DNA of 64,000 bases from Acidobacteriota bacterium (lineage in GTDB: Bacteria; Acidobacteriota; CAIWXX01), in the NCBI GenBank assembly GCA_040755995.1, contig JBFMAF010000013.1:69123-133122 (forward strand), in the 5' to 3' direction. The translations under genes and the position numbers were made by a program. Below, piece after piece: positions 46,279 to 54,884 of this stretch. Below the pieces are notes generated by a model. The model made no database searches and was not told where the DNA came from. It was given only the letters and a program-made list of their open reading frames with translations. Numbering within the stretch: position 1 is the stretch's first letter; each line of letters begins with the position of its first letter.

Positions 46279-49191
46279 ATGGACCACCGGGCGGAAGGCG
46301 TGACCGATTCGGTTGTGGGTCAAGGCCCGGCGGGGACGCTCACCGCCGCATTCCAAGCTCAGGCGGCACGGAAGCCGCGGGCCGTTGCGGTTGACTGCGA
46401 TGGCATCAGGCTGACTTATGGAGAGCTCGATTCCATCTCGAACGCATTGGCCGCCGCCATCGCAGAGCGGCACGGGATTTCAAATGCTCCGATTGCTCTC
46501 CTATGTCCTCATCGTCCGGATGCCGTCCTCGGAGTCCTGGCGATACTGAAGGCGGGGAAGTGCTTTGTCCCTCTGAACCCGGCGAGTCCAGCAGAGTATC
46601 TCAGGCGAATCTGGGTGCATTCGGGCGCATCGGCTATCCTGGCCGGCGCCGGGGAATCCTCGCTCGTCCGGGAAGTCTGCGGGACCATGGACCTATGTAT
46701 CCCGCTGGAGTCTCTTGCCTCATCGCGCTATGCCGCGCCGCCGCCTCTCGATCCGGATCCCGAGCGACTTGCGGCGATCGTGTACACCTCGGGCTCGACG
46801 GGAGAGCCCAAAGGAGTAATGACAACGCACCGGAGCATCTTGATGCGAGTGCAGCATCACGCCCGGGTCGCAGCGTACGGCTCATCGGATCGCCAGGCAT
46901 CGATTGTCTACTGGGGCTACAGCGCGTCCTTCCCTGATATCTTCGGAGCTTTGCTGCATGGCATAACGCTGCTGCCTTTCGACACGGCAGCGAGAGGTAT
47001 TGGCGGATTCATTAGTTGGCTGGAAGAGCAGAATGCTACTCTACTGCAGCTCCCGGCTGCCCTCGTTGCCGGAATTCTGGACACGGTGGTTGCCCGGAAG
47101 CGCCGCCTTCGCCGTATGCGACTGGTATACGTGAGCGGCGGCCGGCTGTACCGTTCGGAGGCTCTCGGGCTGTGGAGGGTCTTTCCGCGGGCGCGCCTGC
47201 TGCATGGATATGGCTCATCCGAGGCCAACCTTGTGGCGCAGCACGGCATGCAACCCGGCCAGGCCCCCGTCGGCGATCCGCTGCCAGTAGGCAGCGTCGT
47301 GACGGGAAAGCGGGTGATGGTCGTCGACATTTTCGGCGAAACCGTTCCCGACGGGGTGATCGGCGAATTGGTGGTGGTGAGTGACCACTTGTCGCCGGGC
47401 TACTGGCGCGATCCAGCAGCGACCGAGTCATCGTTTCGCGCGACGTCTGCCGGGCAGCAGCCGTTCTTCCACACCGGGGACCTGGGCTGCTATCGGCCGG
47501 ACGGGCTGTTGGAACTGGCGGGTCGCAAGGACTTCGTTGTCAAGATCCGGGGGAATCGGGTGGATACAGAGGACGTTGAGGCGCGTCTCAAGGCATCGAG
47601 GCGGGTCAGGGAGGCCGCGGTCGTCGTTCATCGCAGGAAGTCGGGCGAAGCCGTTCTGATTGCCTACATAGTGCCGAGGCCAGGGGCAGAGGTGGCGCCG
47701 AAGGACCTCCGTGAGGAGATGGAGAAGACTTCGCCGCCGTACATGGTGCCGAGCCGGCTCATCGTCATGGACGCTCTTCCGTTGACCGCGAGCGGCAAGG
47801 TGGACCGTCGCGCTCTGCCGCCTCCCTACAAGGTGCGTCCCTCAATCCGTGTGCAGTTCCGACCGCCCGAGAACGAGGGGCAGAAACTGGTCTGCCGGGT
47901 GTGGGCCGATCTTCTTGAAGTGCCGGAAGTGGGATTGGACGACGACTTCTTCGACTTGGGCGGCGATTCCCTCAGTGCCATGATGATGCTGGCACAGGTG
48001 GAGCACCTCCTGGAGACGCATGTGCCTCTTGCATTCTTCGAGACCCCGACGGTGTCGGGTCTCTTCGCCATCATACGCTCCGATCGGTCGTCAGAATCCC
48101 CGCCGCGCCCCGCGGAGTCACAGCCTGGAAGCACAGCCTTCGAGCACCCAGCAAGGGATTGGCAACACACGTTTCGAGGCGCCAGGGACTGGCTGCATGC
48201 CTTCGCCGGGAGGCCGGACAGGGTCGCAAGGCTCATGGAGCTCGCGCCGTCATTCGCCGCGATGCTGATGCCGTATAGGGCCGGCTGCCGGTGGCTTGCC
48301 TGGTGCTGTTCTCACGACGGTTTCGTCGAACGCACATACGGCAGCGACTACCACCTCTTCCGCCGCTTTCTGTCCGATTTCGGCTGCAGCATCTCGGACC
48401 CACTGGCCGCCTTCCGGGTCAGTCTCTTGGGAAATCTCGCAATGCTTTCGACGTTCCAGCGACTGCATATTCCGGCGGAGTTGTCGGGCCGGCTCCTGGA
48501 GGTGCTCAAGGCCTCGCCGTTGCCGTTTCGCCGCTCGGCCGGAAGGTTGATTGAGCAAGGGGATCGGGACGAGCTTCGAAAGTGGTTTCAGTTTTCCGGG
48601 CTGCAGTCTGTCGAGGAGATGCTGGCGTTGAGGCACGGAGTGATCCTGCTCTCTTATCACGGCACGGGACAGATCCTGGCATCGAGGGCGCTGCAGCGCT
48701 TTCTCGACGACAGCCCGATCAAGTTCCTCAGCCGCTACGCCAGTCGCAAGCGGGCGCAGCTGCGAATCGGGAATGGCGGCTCAGCGAAGACGGCCGCGGA
48801 AGTAATCAGAGACACAGTCGCCGCACAGCGACACCTGGAGAGGGGAGGGCTGGTGCAGATCGTGCTCGAGAGTTCTCCGAGTCGCAGCGCCATCGCATGT
48901 TCTGTTGGTGGGCGGCTCTATCATCTCGAGCCGGGCTTCGCCCATTTGTCTCTTTCAACTGGAGCAGCGATCATTCCCTGGCACGCCTATTATGACGACC
49001 GCGGCTGCGTTCAGGCGCGATTCCAGCCCCGGCTCACAGTAGAAATCGACACCGACCACGAAGCCCAGGCCGCCGCCCTGACACGAAGGTACGCCCTGCT
49101 CTTGGAGTCGACCTGGCGCGAGGTGCCCCAGTCCATGGATTGGCGACTCATCGACACCCATTATTCGTTGCCGAGGGCCGATCCTCCTTAG
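46279..49191 (+). CDS. NRPS-like protein: adenylation domain, carrier domain, C-terminal lipid A acyltransferase-like (LPLAT/LABLAT) domain
   Basis: YTSGSTGEPKG, YGSSE, FHTGDL, SGKVDR; FFDLGGDSL. C-terminal GLQSVEE...GVILLSYH...LERGGLVQIVLE...PGFAHLSLSTGAAIIP...PQSMDW resembles the LpxL family. Start is between 46243 and 46300. Confidence 0.8.
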   Translation: MDHRAEGVTDSVVGQGPAGTLTAAFQAQAARKPRAVAVDCDGIRLTYGELDSISNALAAAIAERHGISNAPIALLCPHRPDAVLGVLAILKAGKCFVPLNPASPAEYLRRIWVHSGASAILAGAGESSLVREVCGTMDLCIPLESLASSRYAAPPPLDPDPERLAAIVYTSGSTGEPKGVMTTHRSILMRVQHHARVAAYGSSDRQASIVYWGYSASFPDIFGALLHGITLLPFDTAARGIGGFISWLEEQNATLLQLPAALVAGILDTVVARKRRLRRMRLVYVSGGRLYRSEALGLWRVFPRARLLHGYGSSEANLVAQHGMQPGQAPVGDPLPVGSVVTGKRVMVVDIFGETVPDGVIGELVVVSDHLSPGYWRDPAATESSFRATSAGQQPFFHTGDLGCYRPDGLLELAGRKDFVVKIRGNRVDTEDVEARLKASRRVREAAVVVHRRKSGEAVLIAYIVPRPGAEVAPKDLREEMEKTSPPYMVPSRLIVMDALPLTASGKVDRRALPPPYKVRPSIRVQFRPPENEGQKLVCRVWADLLEVPEVGLDDDFFDLGGDSLSAMMMLAQVEHLLETHVPLAFFETPTVSGLFAIIRSDRSSESPPRPAESQPGSTAFEHPARDWQHTFRGARDWLHAFAGRPDRVARLMELAPSFAAMLMPYRAGCRWLAWCCSHDGFVERTYGSDYHLFRRFLSDFGCSISDPLAAFRVSLLGNLAMLSTFQRLHIPAELSGRLLEVLKASPLPFRRSAGRLIEQGDRDELRKWFQFSGLQSVEEMLALRHGVILLSYHGTGQILASRALQRFLDDSPIKFLSRYASRKRAQLRIGNGGSAKTAAEVIRDTVAAQRHLERGGLVQIVLESSPSRSAIACSVGGRLYHLEPGFAHLSLSTGAAIIPWHAYYDDRGCVQARFQPRLTVEIDTDHEAQAAALTRRYALLLESTWREVPQSMDWRLIDTHYSLPRADPP

Positions 49192-49337
49192 ATTGTCGCG
49201 GTGCCGGCATTGAGGTGCGTGGGAGAGTCCCCGGACGACGAATTGACACGATAACGCATTAAGAGGTAATTGTTGACGTCGATCCTGTTTCGGCAGTGGG
49301 GACAACTCGGGGAGGCATTTTGCAGGCAGGTGGTCTC

Positions 49338-51050
49338 ATGTCGGGTACGAATGAACCGCAGGTCAGCCCCTTCTTGATCGGACTCGCCGTCGGCGAAGGC
49401 ACCGGGCCGGAGCTGGCCTTGGTCTTCCGTCGTGCCGTCGAGGTACTGGCCGCAGCGTTCGGAATCGATGCGAAGATCATCGCTTGCCCGCAGCGCCTTC
49501 GCACCTTTGGGGCCTTGATGAAGCGGGGGCTGCCGACATCCGAGGTGGTACTGATCAAGGACGAGGACTGCATACGATACGAGGGATTCCTGCGGGATGT
49601 CTACGGCGAGGGTTGCCGGGTCGTGTTCCGCACCGCGATCAATGCAGAGAGCCTGTATCAGGTCAGGGAGCGGCTGCGCGGGGTGAAGATGGAGGTGATC
49701 CCGACACCGTACGGCGAGCTGTTTCTCGTTCGCGATGCGGCCCAGGGATTCTATACGGGCAGCAATGACACCGGTGATCGCAACATCATCCGGCGGACGT
49801 GCGAGTTCCGCCGTGACTGGACCGAACAACTGCTCGACTACGCGCATGCCGCCGCGGCCGCGCACTGGGGCGGCCCGCAAGGGATCGATCACTTTCTGCT
49901 CGCCTATAAGTTCCACCTGCTTGACAACCGGTTTGCGCAATGGGTCGACGAGTATTCCCGCTCGCGCAACCTCACGCTGGAGTTGTTTCAGCCCGACACG
50001 ATGAATCGCCATCTCTTGCGCGGGACCTACCACGGGCGCCTGCTCATCGTCGGCGCCAACGAGTGGCTCGATATCGCGCACCTGGACCTGCTGGCTCGCT
50101 ACGGCATGGGGCCGCAGGAGAATCGCCACAGCCGCAACGTGTACCTTGCGCGCGGCGTCGAAGGGCTGGTCGAGTACCAGACCGTGCACGGTTCTGCAGA
50201 CGACATCGCCGGCCGGGGCCTCGTGAACCCGGTCGCGACTTTGCGTGCGGCCGCCGACCTGTTCGAACACCACGGCCGCTGCGCCGGAGCCGTCGTCCGC
50301 ATGCACAGGGCGATCGAACGCAGTCGCGCGCGCGGACTGGCCACGCCCGACCTTGGCGGCCACAGCACCACCGATGACTTTGCGGCGGACATACTCGACT
50401 GCTTTCGCAGCAGCTCGCAGCCGCCGCCGGCAAGGGATACGGCGCTGCTCGTCGTGGACATGCAGAACGACCTGTGCGCACCCGGCGGGTGTTTCGACCG
50501 CCTGGGTCTGATCGACTGCGGCGCGATGCAGGCGCTCGCGAGCCGCATCGCGGAGCTGATCGAGTGGAGCCGGCGGCATGGCCTCGATGTCATTTTCACC
50601 CGCATGCTCGCCGATCCTGAACGGCAGCCGGAGAACATGGTCGAACGCAATCGGCGCCTGGGGCGGATTGACTACCTGCGCGAGGGCCATTGGGGCGCGG
50701 ATTTCTTCGGAGTCTCGCCGATGCCCGGCGAGCCGGTCGTGACGAAATTCTGCTACGACGCGTTTCTCGGCACCGAGCTTGAGCGCCGGCTGCACAGCCA
50801 TGGAGTGCAACGCCTGCTGTTCGGAGGCGTCTTCACCGACGTTTGTGTCGATGCCACGGCGCGCACTGCCTTTCAGCTTGGATTCCGAATCGCGATCGTG
50901 CGCGACGCAACCGCGCCGCTGCACTATTCTCTAGATCAGACGCTGGCATTCATGGAACAGATCTACGGCGCGCAATCGTTGGCCTTCGCCGAGCTGCCGG
51001 ACCTATTGCGTACGAACGGAGCAGCGTGCACCCGGGCTGGCGCGACATAG
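49338..51050 (+). CDS. fusion of an isocitrate/isopropylmalate-dehydrogenase-like domain and an isochorismatase-family cysteine hydrolase
   Basis: GEGTGPE, VRD..QGFY, HGSADDIAG..VNP.ATL, TPDLGG; then LLVVDMQND, TKFCYDAF, TDVCVDATAR (D-K-C triad). Confidence 0.82.
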   Translation: MSGTNEPQVSPFLIGLAVGEGTGPELALVFRRAVEVLAAAFGIDAKIIACPQRLRTFGALMKRGLPTSEVVLIKDEDCIRYEGFLRDVYGEGCRVVFRTAINAESLYQVRERLRGVKMEVIPTPYGELFLVRDAAQGFYTGSNDTGDRNIIRRTCEFRRDWTEQLLDYAHAAAAAHWGGPQGIDHFLLAYKFHLLDNRFAQWVDEYSRSRNLTLELFQPDTMNRHLLRGTYHGRLLIVGANEWLDIAHLDLLARYGMGPQENRHSRNVYLARGVEGLVEYQTVHGSADDIAGRGLVNPVATLRAAADLFEHHGRCAGAVVRMHRAIERSRARGLATPDLGGHSTTDDFAADILDCFRSSSQPPPARDTALLVVDMQNDLCAPGGCFDRLGLIDCGAMQALASRIAELIEWSRRHGLDVIFTRMLADPERQPENMVERNRRLGRIDYLREGHWGADFFGVSPMPGEPVVTKFCYDAFLGTELERRLHSHGVQRLLFGGVFTDVCVDATARTAFQLGFRIAIVRDATAPLHYSLDQTLAFMEQIYGAQSLAFAELPDLLRTNGAACTRAGAT

Positions 51051-51057
51051 TGCCAAG

Positions 51058-53697
51058 ATGCCGCCGTTTCCGAAGATCGACGCGTCATGCCAGCCGCCGA
51101 TTCCACGCTCGGCCGTCGATCGTACGATCGGCGCGGCCTTCGCCGAGTCTGCTGCTCATGCCGGCGACAGCCCGGCGGTCAAGATGGGGGAGAAGGCCCT
51201 CAGCTACGGCGAACTCGACTGTCTCTCGAACCGGCTTGCTCACGCCCTGAGCCAGTTCTCCGAAGGCATTCAACAGCGTGTGGCGCTGTTGATCGAAGAC
51301 CGCATACAGCAGGTCCTCGCCATGCTCGGCGTCCTGAAGGCCGGACATCTTTTCGTGCCGCTCGCGACTACCGACCCTCCAGCGCGGCTGGCGTCGCTGA
51401 TTACAGATGCGCAGCCCGCATGCGTGATCACGGATGCGGGCGGGGCCGAGATCGCAAGGCAGGCCGCGCAGTCGCTGCCGCGTCTGGAGCTCGGGGCGCT
51501 CGATTCGACGCCGGTAGAATTTCTGTCGCCGGTTGAACTGACCCCCTCGGCCTGCGCCTGTCTCATCTACACATCGGGCTCCACCGGCCGTCCCAAGGGA
51601 GTGCTTCAGACGCATCGCAACATCCTGCACCACGTCGCGAAGTACACACGCACAATCGGCCTGACTCGCGCCGACCGGCTCACCTGGCTCACGAGCTACG
51701 TGTTCGCCGCATCCATATCCGACGTGTTTCCCACCCTGCTCAACGGCGCCACGTTGTTGCCGTACGCGATCGAGCGGAGGGGCTTTGCTGAGCTCGGTTC
51801 CTGGCTGCGCGCGGAACGCGTGACGATCTACTACTCGGTGCCCTCAGTGCTCCGGCGACTGGCGGCACAAGAGCGCGACGACACGAGATTCTCTGAGGTG
51901 CGCCTGGTGCGCCTCGGCGGTGAGTCGCTGCGCGCAACTGACGTCGAGATCTTTCGGCGGCTGTTCGGACGGCGTTGCCGGATGCTCAATTCACTCGGCG
52001 CGACTGAAATCAACCTGATCCGCCATTTCTTCGTGGACGCTGACACCCCGCTCACTGATGCTACCGTGCCCGCGGGCTATGAGGTCGAGGACACCGAGGT
52101 ACGGCTGATCGATGAGCAGGGACGGGACGTCTCGCCAGGTTGTATCGGCCAGATCGCCGTTCGCAGCCGATACTTGAGCCCCGGTTACTGGCGCCAACCC
52201 GAGCTGACGCAAGCCACGTTCCTGGCGGATGCCGGGGACCCGGAGCTTCGTACATATCTTACCGGGGATCTCGGCCGCATGCTGCCGGACGGCTGTCTGG
52301 TTCACCTCGGGCGCATCGATCGACGGGTCAAGGTGCATGGACGCAGCGTGGATCTGCAGGAGGTCGAAACAGCCATCGCACGCCTCGACCTGCTCGAGGA
52401 CGTGGCGGTGGTCGACGTGAGCGGGGCGGGGGATGACGATGGGGTGATGCTTGTGGCCTACCTGGTCGGCCGCGGTGCGACGCGCCGCGATTCCGCCGCA
52501 CTGCGCGCGCAGCTCGCCAGAACGCTGCCCGCGCACATGATGCCCCTGCGCTTCATCTACGTCGATACGCTGCCGCTGACCAGTACCGGCAAGATCGATC
52601 GGCAGGAGCTGCGGAGACGCGCGATCGAGCAGCCGGTGTCGCGGGCGGGAGCGCAAGCGCCCCCGCGTGACGCGACAGAGAGCGCCCTGGTCCAGCTGTG
52701 GGAGGGATTGCTCAAGGTGCGCCAGATCGGCATCACCGACAACTTCTTCGATCTCGGCGGCGACTCGCTGCTCGCCCTGAGGATGCTCGATGAGGCGCAG
52801 CGCCTGTTCGGTCGCGCAGTATCGCCGAATGAGTTCCAGAAAGCGCCGACTATACGGGGACTTACCGACATCGGTCGCCGGGCTCAGCCGGCCTGCGCGG
52901 CAGCGGTGATCGTGGCAGTCAAGGCGGCGGGCACGCGTGCCCCATTGCTGCTCGTTCCAGGAGCCGGTTCGGACGTGCTCGCACTTTCAAATCTCTGCCG
53001 GCACATCGATGAGGCGCAGCCGCTGTACGGGCTGCGCATGCCCGGCCTGGTTGAGGGCGAGAAGCCGCTCGATCGGGTCGAGGCAATCGCGGCATACATC
53101 GTGACGGCGCTGCACCGTGAAGGTGCCATCCGGCGTTTCAAGGTCGGCGGGGTGTCGTTCGGCGGGCTGGTGGCGCTTGAGATCGCGCAGCAGCTCCAGA
53201 TCTCCGGCGAACCGGTGGATCACGTCTACCTGCTGGACACCGCCGCACCGCGGTATCCCCGGCGCCGGTGGATCGCCGGATTTCGCCACCCAATCCGGCT
53301 TGTTCAAAGCCTGATCCTGCCGCCCGGCGCCCGAGACCTCTTCACCCGGGAGAGACTTGAGCTCGGATGGAGAGACAGGCGGTCGCGCCTCCAGGCTCGG
53401 CTCGCTGCAATCAGGCAGAGCTGTGGAGGCCGCCGGATGTCGGCGCTCGACCGGCGAATGCTGCTGCAGGCCTCGTGCTTCCGAGCGGCCGACTGCTATC
53501 GGCCCTCTCGATACGACGGCGCCGTGACGCTGCTGCGGGCCGATCGCCAGCCTCCGCCGGACCAGTACGATTCTGACGAGCGACTGGGATGGGGAGATCG
53601 TCTCCCACGTCTCCGAGTGGTTGCAACGCCTGGCGGACACAACGATCAGTGGCAGGGCATCGCGGTCCCGGCCGTGGCGGCGGTATTGTCGGAATAG
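51058..53697 (+). CDS. NRPS-like A-T-TE protein
   Basis: YTSGSTGRPKG, SLGATE, YLTGDL, TGKIDR; FFDLGGDSL; thioesterase GVSFGG...LLD...PGGH. Confidence 0.88.
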   Translation: MPPFPKIDASCQPPIPRSAVDRTIGAAFAESAAHAGDSPAVKMGEKALSYGELDCLSNRLAHALSQFSEGIQQRVALLIEDRIQQVLAMLGVLKAGHLFVPLATTDPPARLASLITDAQPACVITDAGGAEIARQAAQSLPRLELGALDSTPVEFLSPVELTPSACACLIYTSGSTGRPKGVLQTHRNILHHVAKYTRTIGLTRADRLTWLTSYVFAASISDVFPTLLNGATLLPYAIERRGFAELGSWLRAERVTIYYSVPSVLRRLAAQERDDTRFSEVRLVRLGGESLRATDVEIFRRLFGRRCRMLNSLGATEINLIRHFFVDADTPLTDATVPAGYEVEDTEVRLIDEQGRDVSPGCIGQIAVRSRYLSPGYWRQPELTQATFLADAGDPELRTYLTGDLGRMLPDGCLVHLGRIDRRVKVHGRSVDLQEVETAIARLDLLEDVAVVDVSGAGDDDGVMLVAYLVGRGATRRDSAALRAQLARTLPAHMMPLRFIYVDTLPLTSTGKIDRQELRRRAIEQPVSRAGAQAPPRDATESALVQLWEGLLKVRQIGITDNFFDLGGDSLLALRMLDEAQRLFGRAVSPNEFQKAPTIRGLTDIGRRAQPACAAAVIVAVKAAGTRAPLLLVPGAGSDVLALSNLCRHIDEAQPLYGLRMPGLVEGEKPLDRVEAIAAYIVTALHREGAIRRFKVGGVSFGGLVALEIAQQLQISGEPVDHVYLLDTAAPRYPRRRWIAGFRHPIRLVQSLILPPGARDLFTRERLELGWRDRRSRLQARLAAIRQSCGGRRMSALDRRMLLQASCFRAADCYRPSRYDGAVTLLRADRQPPPDQYDSDERLGWGDRLPRLRVVATPGGHNDQWQGIAVPAVAAVLSE

Positions 53698-53761
53698 AAT
53701 GCGCGGGCGGACCTGTCCGTGATGGTTTGCGTCTCCCCGCGTGGTTTGGTAGCCTTCGGCC

Positions 53762-54496
53762 ATGCTCGTGACCCCGCTGCGCCAGATCGAGATAGCGATT
53801 CTGGCGATCTGGGCGGTCGTGCTTGTCGCGGCGTTCGCATTCGGGCAGCTCAGCGCCGATCACACGCGACATTCGATCCGGCCGCTGCTGATGGTGACCT
53901 CGGCTCTGCTGGTCCTGCTTGCGCTGCTCTGGTGGCTCGCGCCGGTCTCCGGCGCGCGTTCCGTGCCACAGAGCGTCTCTCTGCTGATTTTCCTGGGGAT
54001 GCTCTTCGGCTTCCTGGGCGATCTCATCATGGCCGACATACTGCGGACTCCCGACCGCGTCATCTTCGGAATCGGCTCGTTCGGCATCGGTCACGGGTGT
54101 TACATCGCTGCGTTTCTGCTGGCGTTGCGCGCGATTCATGCTCAAAGCGGGCGAGTCAATTGGATCGTCATGGCGTCTCTGGTGCTCCTGGGCATCGTGT
54201 TGTGGACCGGCCTGGTGAGGAACCCGGACAAGCCCCTGCCGCTCAACCTGGCGGCACTCGTCTATACGCTGCTCATCTGCATCATGGTTGCCTTTGCGAT
54301 CTCGCTGGCACTCGCGGTGCCACGGCTCTGGTACCTCGCGCTGGGCGCACTGCTGTTTCTGGCTTCAGACGCTATCCTGGGGAATCAGATCTTCAGGGAC
54401 CATCAGTGGTTCCTGGTCAGCGACGTCGTCTGGGTGACCTACATCGTCGGCCAGCTTCTGATCGTCCGATCGAATGCAGTATTGAAGTGTTTGTAG
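53762..54496 (+). CDS. YhhN/TMEM86 (lysoplasmalogenase-like) membrane protein
   Basis: About 8 TM segments; LGDLIM, FGIGHGCYIAAF, GALLFLASD, WVTYIVGQ. Confidence 0.78.
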   Translation: MLVTPLRQIEIAILAIWAVVLVAAFAFGQLSADHTRHSIRPLLMVTSALLVLLALLWWLAPVSGARSVPQSVSLLIFLGMLFGFLGDLIMADILRTPDRVIFGIGSFGIGHGCYIAAFLLALRAIHAQSGRVNWIVMASLVLLGIVLWTGLVRNPDKPLPLNLAALVYTLLICIMVAFAISLALAVPRLWYLALGALLFLASDAILGNQIFRDHQWFLVSDVVWVTYIVGQLLIVRSNAVLKCL

Positions 54497-54521
54497 AATG
54501 ACCTGTTGAGGAGGCCTCATC

Positions 54522-54827
54522 ATGTTGATCGTGATTGTCTACGCCTGCGTGAAGCCTGAATTCGTCGATGCCTTCCGGGCCGCTTCGATCGAGAACGCGC
54601 AGAACAGCGTCCTGGAACCCGGCATTGCACGGTTCGACGTCGTCCAGCAGATCGACGATCCGACACGGTTTGTCCTGATCGAGGTCTATCGTGATGAACA
54701 GGCGCCTGGGCGCCACAAGGAGACGGCGCACTATGCCCGGTGGCGCGGCACAGTGGCGCCGATGATGGCCGAGCCGCGCACGAGCTCGAAGTGGCGCAAC
54801 TGTTTCCCGGACGAACAGGATTGGTGA
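54522..54827 (+). CDS. antibiotic-biosynthesis-monooxygenase (ABM/LsrG-like) domain protein
   Basis: VKPE.VDAF...EPGIARFDV...FVLIEVY...HKETAHY..W; GAGGAGG RBS. Confidence 0.85.
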   Translation: MLIVIVYACVKPEFVDAFRAASIENAQNSVLEPGIARFDVVQQIDDPTRFVLIEVYRDEQAPGRHKETAHYARWRGTVAPMMAEPRTSSKWRNCFPDEQDW

Positions 54828-54884
54828 CTGACGAGGAGCGGATGAAGGTGATCGAGCGGACCAACGATTTTGCCGGAGTCCCCG

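Noticed and set aside
49188..50924. 578-aa antisense ORF (similarly 9952-11331, 30459-31703, 33201-34730, 34715-36052, 38653-39981)
   Set aside because: These overlap confidently identified genes and have Arg/Ala-rich, non-protein-like composition.
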